This document shows positions 1-6,409 of a DNA stretch of 13,789 bases, piece after piece. The DNA comes from an uncultured archaeon (GTDB lineage: Archaea > Asgardarchaeota > Lokiarchaeia > Sigyniarchaeales > Promethearchaeaceae). The translations under genes and the position numbers were made by a program. The notes below the pieces were generated by a model. That model was not told where the DNA came from. It saw only the letters and a program-made list of their open reading frames with translations, and did no database searches. The stretch covers positions 9,641 to 23,429 of the forward strand of contig CAYRPF010000005.1 in NCBI GenBank assembly GCA_964426185.1, written 5' to 3'. The first letter of the stretch is position 1, and every line of letters starts with the position of its first letter.

Positions 1-30
1 GAAGAATTTTTGAAGATGATTGATAGATAA
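1..30 (+). CDS. Possible 3' end of an upstream gene (…EEFLKMIDR*), truncated by the window edge
   Basis: Frame +1 reads gaa gaa ttt ttg aag atg att gat aga taa and converges on the 67..765 gene. Only 9 codons are visible. Confidence 0.3.
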   Translation, partial: EEFLKMIDR

Positions 31-33
31 CTT

Positions 34-40
34 AAAAAAA
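34..40 (-). terminator. Oligo-T tract downstream of the 67..765 gene
   Basis: A7 on + (T7 on -) about 27 nt past the TGA stop, resembling an archaeal-type intrinsic terminator. Confidence 0.35.
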
Positions 41-66
41 GGAAGCAAGTAATTACTTTAAAGCTT

Positions 67-765
67 TCACATTTGTTGAAATCTTGCGTAGACAGCAGAT
101 GGTTTTATCTTTTGAAAGATATAAAATGCAATATAGCAAGTAAGAATACTCGGAAGGCTGGAAGTAATCCCGCATATCAGCGCAAATTTTACCAAATCAT
201 ACGAAATTCCAGTAATTGGAATAGATACAAAGCCGCTGATATTCCAAAAAGCATTAAAAAGATTACTAAATCCTGTTACATAAGGGAATTGAAATAGAGT
301 CCAAACCATGAATGATGCTATCCACCACACAGTGCTTCCCAGTATACCCACAAAAATCGGGCGGATACTCGGGATTCGAATCAAAAATACGAAATCTAAT
401 AGTATACCAATCACTAATCCAACCAGAATTTTATATAATCCTGGAATTGCTCCAAAGAAACTGGTCGGTGCGGCTATAATTCCAAAAATGAGCATATAAA
501 TTGTTGACGTGCCAAACCAATCATTAACAATATATTTCGTAAGAGTAATGAACAGAAAATTGATTGGGAGCATAATCAACACGCCTGCAACGATGTGGGA
601 AAAAATTGCAATAAATGCAGGGCTTAAAAGGAGATCAATTCCGACATTAGCAGCGCTCATCAAAGCAATAAAGATGAAATTAACCAGAGTCAGGTTCCAT
701 TTTGGTCGTCTGGTTAATGAATCCGATTTATTAGCCATTGAATTTGAATTAGAAGAGTTATTCAT
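67..765 (-). CDS. Integral membrane protein, ECF-transporter S-component-like (~6 TM)
   Basis: 232 aa with about 6 hydrophobic helices. The FIALMSAA helix-1 AxxxA pattern, the KYIVNDWFGTSTIY segment and the GLVIGILLDFVF helix resemble ECF S components. A GAGGA RBS lies 3 nt upstream of the ATG (769-773). Confidence 0.6.
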   Translation of the reverse strand: MNNSSNSNSMANKSDSLTRRPKWNLTLVNFIFIALMSAANVGIDLLLSPAFIAIFSHIVAGVLIMLPINFLFITLTKYIVNDWFGTSTIYMLIFGIIAAPTSFFGAIPGLYKILVGLVIGILLDFVFLIRIPSIRPIFVGILGSTVWWIASFMVWTLFQFPYVTGFSNLFNAFWNISGFVSIPITGISYDLVKFALICGITSSLPSILTCYIAFYIFQKIKPSAVYARFQQM

Positions 766-920
766 AGTTCCTCAAAAAAATAAAAGGAAGTTACTTTCTA
801 AATGTAGAGAAAATGATTTTTTGATGTTCCAAAATCCACATTGAAGGATCAAATTTAACCATCTAGTGTCAAATTTTGATCATTCCCATAATAAGTTCAG
901 ATAAAGAAAATTTCAAATAG

Positions 921-2432
921 TTGTTGATCAGAATGATAAATATTATGATTTTGCAAAAATTATTCGCTTGGTTTGCCGCTACACCCTCTATTTGGGTTGA
1001 TTATCTTTACCAAGCTTTATTTCCTCTAGGATTAAAAGCATTTTTTTGGAATTTCGGCGCTTTCTTAATTCTTTCTTTGTTATTTCTCCTTATTCGAATA
1101 CAAAAAAAAAGATTTTACAATCAAAAATTGGAAATAACCAAAGATGAATGGAGAATAATTGGATTATGGTCAATCTCAGGAATATTTTTCACTCCCTTTA
1201 TGTTTGTTGGAGCTTTCTGCGCTGGATTTTATGTAATTATTGTCTTATTGCGATTATTTCGAGAAAAAAAAGCTACAATATCTCAGAAATTCGTGTTTTT
1301 AGTCGAATCTCTCTTTATATTGCTGATAGAAATTGGTGGAATAGGTATTCTCATTTTCTTATGGCTTAAATATTCCATGATGGCGGGATTTGTGGTTATA
1401 ATAAGTATGATTGTAGTTGTATTAATTGGAGTTAGTGCACTTATTGCAAAATTCAAGATCTCTAAAGAAATTTCTTCCATTATGAAGAAACCTTTGAAAG
1501 CAAAAAATCCAATTAAAATCACCCTTCTTGCATTTAATATTTTATGTGGAATAACTTTTATCAGTGCCATGCTTCTGCCCATCCATTCGGTTCCGATTCA
1601 AATTGCAGATAATTCTTCAACTTTTGAATTTAAAACAATCACTTTCAATATTCGCAATGCAGGTGCGTCTGAAAAAAAATTGCAAAATAACTGGCAAAAT
1701 CGAAAGAGCTATCTGGTTGAATATATCAATTCATTAGATCTTGATTTCTTCGGTGTTCAAGAAGCTTATTTCTCTCAGCTTGAGTATATTCGTTCTCATC
1801 TTATTGATCGAACTTATCGTTATACCGGAGTGGGAAGAAATGATGGGGTGAAAGGTGGAGAACATGCAGCTATTTTTTATGATTCCCAATTGTTCAAATT
1901 TTTGGATGGAGATTCATTTTGGCTATCTTCAACTCCTTCTATTCCTTCAAAACAATGGGAAAAATCAAATTATAGAATATGTACCTGGGTATTATTCGAG
2001 CATCAAGCCAGTAAGGTACGTTTTTTCGTGTTTAACACCCATTTTGCAGAACCGAAATACCCAGAAGTACATATCAAGGCTGCGGAGTTAATAATTGAAA
2101 AAATAGAATCTCTCTGTGGTGATCTCCCGATCATATTAATGGGTGATTTCAACATGATAAATACCACTGATGCATACCACTATATTACAAATCACGAGAT
2201 AATCAATTTTAGAGATAGCTATGTTGAATATCATAATGGATCGACTCCGTTTGATTATACCAACAATCAGTTTGGGCAAGTTTCGGAAAATGAGAAGAAA
2301 AGAATTGATTATATCTTTATATCTTATAATATTGTAGTAGATGAATGTAGCATCTTAAAAGATTCATATTCCGATGGATTATTCTACAGCGATCATTTTC
2401 CTGTATTGCTGAAAGCTACAATCGTAATTTAA
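921..2432 (+). CDS. Endonuclease/exonuclease/phosphatase (EEP) family protein with N-terminal multi-pass membrane domain
   Basis: Full EEP motif set: TFNIR, GVQEA, GRNDG..GGEH, FWLSSTP, NTHF, MGDFN, RIDYIF, SDHFPV. The first ~220 aa hold 5-6 TM helices. The true start is probably ATG 933 or 945 rather than TTG 921. Confidence 0.9.
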   Translation: MLIRMINIMILQKLFAWFAATPSIWVDYLYQALFPLGLKAFFWNFGAFLILSLLFLLIRIQKKRFYNQKLEITKDEWRIIGLWSISGIFFTPFMFVGAFCAGFYVIIVLLRLFREKKATISQKFVFLVESLFILLIEIGGIGILIFLWLKYSMMAGFVVIISMIVVVLIGVSALIAKFKISKEISSIMKKPLKAKNPIKITLLAFNILCGITFISAMLLPIHSVPIQIADNSSTFEFKTITFNIRNAGASEKKLQNNWQNRKSYLVEYINSLDLDFFGVQEAYFSQLEYIRSHLIDRTYRYTGVGRNDGVKGGEHAAIFYDSQLFKFLDGDSFWLSSTPSIPSKQWEKSNYRICTWVLFEHQASKVRFFVFNTHFAEPKYPEVHIKAAELIIEKIESLCGDLPIILMGDFNMINTTDAYHYITNHEIINFRDSYVEYHNGSTPFDYTNNQFGQVSENEKKRIDYIFISYNIVVDECSILKDSYSDGLFYSDHFPVLLKATIVI

Positions 2433-2583
2433 GCATTTTGTTAATTTACTGAAGGAGAACCTTTATTAACTCCTTTGCTCATTTCAATCATTAGAAAAGT
2501 TAAAACAACATCAAATACAATAGAAGCGAGAGGATTCGGAACATATAGTGCAACCGATACACTTTCAATTAGTATAGTGAGTT

Positions 2584-2612
2584 AAAAAAAAAAGTCACGA
2601 TTTTTATCTTTT
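2584..2612. terminator. Bidirectional oligo-T terminator region between convergent EEP and lpdA genes
   Basis: A10 at 2584-2593 (T10 for the lpdA transcript) and TTTTTATCTTTT at 2601-2612 on +. Confidence 0.45.
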
Positions 2613-4107
2613 AGTGACGTTTACCCGCTTTGTGAATCGCCATCCCATGAGTATCTTCAACAGCTTCCAGGACGATTTCACTTAAGGTTGGATGAGAATG
2701 GATAACGCTGGCTAATTGATGAGTAGTTAATCCAAGACGCATTGCTACGGAAATTTCTGAAATTAATTCTGCTGCTGATTCTCCAATACATGAGGCACCA
2801 ACTATGTGATCAGTGTGAGCATCAACAATTACCATTAAGAATCCATTTTCTTCGGCCATGCATTTCGCTTTTCCAGAAGAAGCGTATGAGAAACGACCTA
2901 TCAAGATATCTCCATATTTTTCTTTTGCTTCCTTTTGTCGTAATCCGACTGAACCAATATTGGGATGAGTGAAAGTAGTTGCTGGAACAGTATTAAAATC
3001 GGCTTTCTGAGGATATACTCCCTCGAATCCCCCAATACTGCTCAATGCGTTCATTACTGCAATGTCACCTTGATAACTGGCAAAATGGGCTAACATAAGA
3101 ATACCTGTACAATCTCCAATCGCATAAATCCCTGGAAATGATGTTTCCATTGTTTCGTGATTAATCGGGATTGATCCACGTTGAAGTTTAATTTGAAACT
3201 TTTCTAATCCTAAATCTTCGGTGTATTTTTCTCGCCCGATGCTGACCAAACACATATCAGCTTCCACTATTTGTTTTTCTGCCTGTTCTATTTGTTCACG
3301 GGGAATTTTTGCATCGCAGACTACCGCACGAACACAGTTCTCTGTATCTTCTACCGATAATACATTTTTTGACTCATGAATTTCGATACCCAGATGTTTG
3401 AATTTCTTCTTTAACGTTTTTACTACCAGTTTTTCTTCATTTGCCAGTATTGTTGGAAGATATTCAAGGATAGTGACTTTGGAACCAAATTCGGCAAAAA
3501 TATTAGCAAATTCACATCCGATCACTCCGCCTCCGATAATAATTAGTGTTTTAGGAACTGTTTTAAAGTCTGCTCGTAAAATATCATTTGAATCTAAAAT
3601 TCGTTTGTGATCAATATTAAATGCTGGAATTGCGGCTGGTTTCGATCCAGTTGCTAGAATAACCCGCTTTGCCCTTATTTCTTGGGCTATATCATCGTCT
3701 TTTCTAATATTTAAGGTAAAATTAGTATAGATATTTCCTTCAACTAAAGATCCAAAACCTTTGAAAATTTGAACTTTTTTAATTTTGCAAAGTTGAGCTA
3801 TCCCATCTGTGAGTTCTCGAACTACTTTATTTTTCCGTTCGACTGCTGTTGGAAAATCGTATTCAATGGGACCTTTTATATGAATTCCAAGCAAATCCGA
3901 TTTTTCTTTGATGTCTGCAATCATTCTAGCAGAAGAATACAAAGCTTTGGTAGGGATGCATCCCCAATTACTGCATGTTCCTCCTAATCTTTCATCCTTC
4001 TCAATTAATGCTACTTTTGCACCATATGCTGCTGCTCGCAAGGCTGCATGATAACCACCTGGTCCTGAACCAATTATTGCCAGATCAAAAATTTCTTCAA
4101 AGCTCAT
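2611..4107 (-). CDS. lpdA: Dihydrolipoyl dehydrogenase (E3 / L-protein)
   Basis: FAD motif IIGSGPGGY, redox disulfide GGTCSNWGCIPTK, ILATGS, NAD motif IGGGVIGCE, YAIGD and catalytic HSHPTLSE. ATG at 4107 (MSFEEIFDL) is preferred over TTG 4116. Confidence 0.93.
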   Translation of the reverse strand: MSFEEIFDLAIIGSGPGGYHAALRAAAYGAKVALIEKDERLGGTCSNWGCIPTKALYSSARMIADIKEKSDLLGIHIKGPIEYDFPTAVERKNKVVRELTDGIAQLCKIKKVQIFKGFGSLVEGNIYTNFTLNIRKDDDIAQEIRAKRVILATGSKPAAIPAFNIDHKRILDSNDILRADFKTVPKTLIIIGGGVIGCEFANIFAEFGSKVTILEYLPTILANEEKLVVKTLKKKFKHLGIEIHESKNVLSVEDTENCVRAVVCDAKIPREQIEQAEKQIVEADMCLVSIGREKYTEDLGLEKFQIKLQRGSIPINHETMETSFPGIYAIGDCTGILMLAHFASYQGDIAVMNALSSIGGFEGVYPQKADFNTVPATTFTHPNIGSVGLRQKEAKEKYGDILIGRFSYASSGKAKCMAEENGFLMVIVDAHTDHIVGASCIGESAAELISEISVAMRLGLTTHQLASVIHSHPTLSEIVLEAVEDTHGMAIHKAGKRH

Positions 4108-4266
4108 AAGGATCAAAAAACGCGCTTAAACATAAAGCTTATGCAATGTGTTCGTCGAAATTAATTTTGCGTCAAAAATTTCAGGTGTTTTTAGTGAAAA
4201 TGATCACGAATTTTGCAATTTTGATCAAAACCATGATAAAGAAAAGAAGATAATATTTGGTATATT

Positions 4267-5205
4267 TCAATCTTCGTATTTTAATTGATTTTGGATATCT
4301 TCATCGCTTTGGTCAACATCAGTTTTTAATGGGCCTCGAGATACTTTAATTTCATATTGTTTTTCTAATGGTTTCAACTGATCAACAAAACGATCTTTTA
4401 GTAAATAGAAGAGGATTGCCTCAATTGTAGCTGCTAAAAAGAAAAAACTTTTTCCAAATGCAACATCTGCAGATGGATCGTTCGGGGGATAATTTTCAAT
4501 TACATAAATCCAAACGCTCACAAACAAACCAATGGTTCCAATAATGCATGCAATATTTCGGCGAATTTCTTTTCTAATAGGACCAATATTTGCTATTGAA
4601 GGATGGAATTGAGAACGATAGAATTCGAAAGAAAATATTCCAAATCGAAATGCTTTGATCGAAAACAATAAAATACCCACGCTAACTAGAATTGTGCTGT
4701 GAAACTGGATATTGATGATAAAATCTTCAAACCATGTAGTATGAATCCGGTATTCCCATAAGAAAAAGAGAGTCATAAATTGAGAAAACGAATAAACAGC
4801 AAATAGAAATATGTATCCATAAATTAAGTAGCTGAAATATAGCGTAATTGGAGCAGTCCATTTGTATTTTTTATAGGCTTCTGCAGATTCGGTTTGTTCT
4901 CCCGAAAATTCTAAGGTACCCCCAATTATTCCAAATCCAGCTAGAATATAGATAATAAAGCTAAATACATAAGCCGTTTTGAAATGAATTAAGTTGGTGA
5001 AATAAATTTCAATATTTTGTAAAACAGATGCACTATCTTGGTGATCGGTTAGAAAATATATAACTATAGTTAACACTGCTGAAACAGCAAGATAAACAAA
5101 GAAAATGATTTTATTTTCCATGCGATAAAAAATTCGGCCTAAAATGGGACAGACAAGACCAACAACAAGTATGATAAGTAAAAGGATCCAAATACTTATT
5201 TCCAT
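4267..5205 (-). CDS. Hypothetical integral membrane protein, ~7 TM, acidic C-terminal tail
   Basis: 312-aa ORF with seven hydrophobic segments and no family motif I recognise. Confidence 0.8.
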   Translation of the reverse strand: MEISIWILLLIILVVGLVCPILGRIFYRMENKIIFFVYLAVSAVLTIVIYFLTDHQDSASVLQNIEIYFTNLIHFKTAYVFSFIIYILAGFGIIGGTLEFSGEQTESAEAYKKYKWTAPITLYFSYLIYGYIFLFAVYSFSQFMTLFFLWEYRIHTTWFEDFIINIQFHSTILVSVGILLFSIKAFRFGIFSFEFYRSQFHPSIANIGPIRKEIRRNIACIIGTIGLFVSVWIYVIENYPPNDPSADVAFGKSFFFLAATIEAILFYLLKDRFVDQLKPLEKQYEIKVSRGPLKTDVDQSDEDIQNQLKYED

Positions 5206-5247
5206 AACTAGAATGTTAGCTGGATACCTTTTTCAAGATTTTGATTC

Positions 5248-5255
5248 TTTAAAAA
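5248..5255. promoter_or_regulatory. Candidate shared TATA element in the divergent promoter
   Basis: TTTAAAAA (TTTTTAAA on -) lies roughly midway in the 96-bp gap between the ATGs at 5205 and 5302. Confidence 0.25.
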
Positions 5256-5301
5256 GCAAGAATTACAAGGTATTATTTTTTCTCTTGAATTATCAAAAGA
5301 T

Positions 5302-6384
5302 ATGGAAATTGAAACATTATTTGAAACTTTGATAAATGGGGAAAATCCCATCGAACAAATTCAAGCTGCATATGATTTAGGAAAACATCCTGATCATGAA
5401 GCCGCGTTAAATGCACTTTTAAAAGGATTGTTGGTTCCCGATTCGGATGTAAAACTCACAATTTTAGATATTCTCCTTCAACCAGAGTTTTTTAGCGAGA
5501 AAATTGTTTTACCCCTATGTGAGCTGTTAAAGGATGAAGATAGTGAAGTCAGGGCACAAGTTGCTGAAATATTGGGGACTACTAAAGACAAACGTGCAAT
5601 TCCTCCATTGATTTCTATATTACAAGATCTTGATAAAATTGTTAGATATTCTACCATGGCTGCCTTAGCAAATATAGGAGATATGAGTTGTGTGCCTGCA
5701 ATTGAAAGATTTATTGATTCTGAAGATTGGGAAGATCGATATCATGCAGTGGATGCTATCGGAATGCTGGCATCGCCCCAATCAGTTCCAATATTAATAA
5801 AGGCTTTGAATGATTCTCATTGGAAAGTAAGGGAAAATGCAGCACTAAATGTTGGGCATTATAATCAAAAAGAAATTATCGAAACTTTGCTGAAATTACT
5901 TGATGATGATTCCGAGGAAGTTCAAGCTGCCGCTGCCTATACACTGGGGGAGATTCGGTCAAAACAAGCATTGCCAATGTTGATCGATTTTTTAAAATCA
6001 GATTCTGATGATTTGGTACTAGTTGCATTAGAATCTTTGACTAAACTAAAAGATCCCAGCTCAATCCCTAAAATAATCTCTCTTCTCTATCATCCTTCTC
6101 CAGAAGTTGCTCATGCTGCACGTGAAGCTTTGGATGCTTTTCGGAATGTAATTTTAATTGAACCGTTAGTTTCTGCTTTAAGAGAAGATGTTATTATCAA
6201 ATATTTGGTGCATCGATTGGAAAAAACTGAAGAACTTCAAAATCATGAAAGACCTCTATCTAAATTAATTAAAACCTTACAACTCCCATTATGGGTTGAA
6301 ATGTTGTTAGATGAAATCATGATAAAAGAGAAAGAAAATGCTACTGAATCAAAAAAAAAATGGGAAAAGAAAAAAGTAAATTGA
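5302..6384 (+). CDS. HEAT-repeat (PBS lyase HEAT-like / HEAT_2) protein
   Basis: About nine tandem ~31-aa repeats of the form D..VR..A...LG......A+P.L+..L.D, e.g. EDSEVRAQVAEILGTTKDKRAIPPLISILQD and DSEEVQAAAAYTLGEIRSKQALPMLIDFLKS. Confidence 0.92.
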   Translation: MEIETLFETLINGENPIEQIQAAYDLGKHPDHEAALNALLKGLLVPDSDVKLTILDILLQPEFFSEKIVLPLCELLKDEDSEVRAQVAEILGTTKDKRAIPPLISILQDLDKIVRYSTMAALANIGDMSCVPAIERFIDSEDWEDRYHAVDAIGMLASPQSVPILIKALNDSHWKVRENAALNVGHYNQKEIIETLLKLLDDDSEEVQAAAAYTLGEIRSKQALPMLIDFLKSDSDDLVLVALESLTKLKDPSSIPKIISLLYHPSPEVAHAAREALDAFRNVILIEPLVSALREDVIIKYLVHRLEKTEELQNHERPLSKLIKTLQLPLWVEMLLDEIMIKEKENATESKKKWEKKKVN

Positions 6385-6409
6385 ATTGCTTTAGAACAAA
6401 GAAGAATTT

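Noticed and set aside
4420-4475. DVAFGKSFF in helix 7 of the 7-TM protein as a rhodopsin retinal-binding DxxxK motif
   Set aside because: The D-to-K spacing is 5 rather than 4, the Lys sits at the helix start rather than mid-membrane, and helix 3 has no RYxxW-like motif.
6367-6384. C-terminal KKVN as a eukaryotic KKxx retrieval signal
   Set aside because: The protein is soluble, and Lys-rich ends are explained by A-rich composition and terminator overlap.
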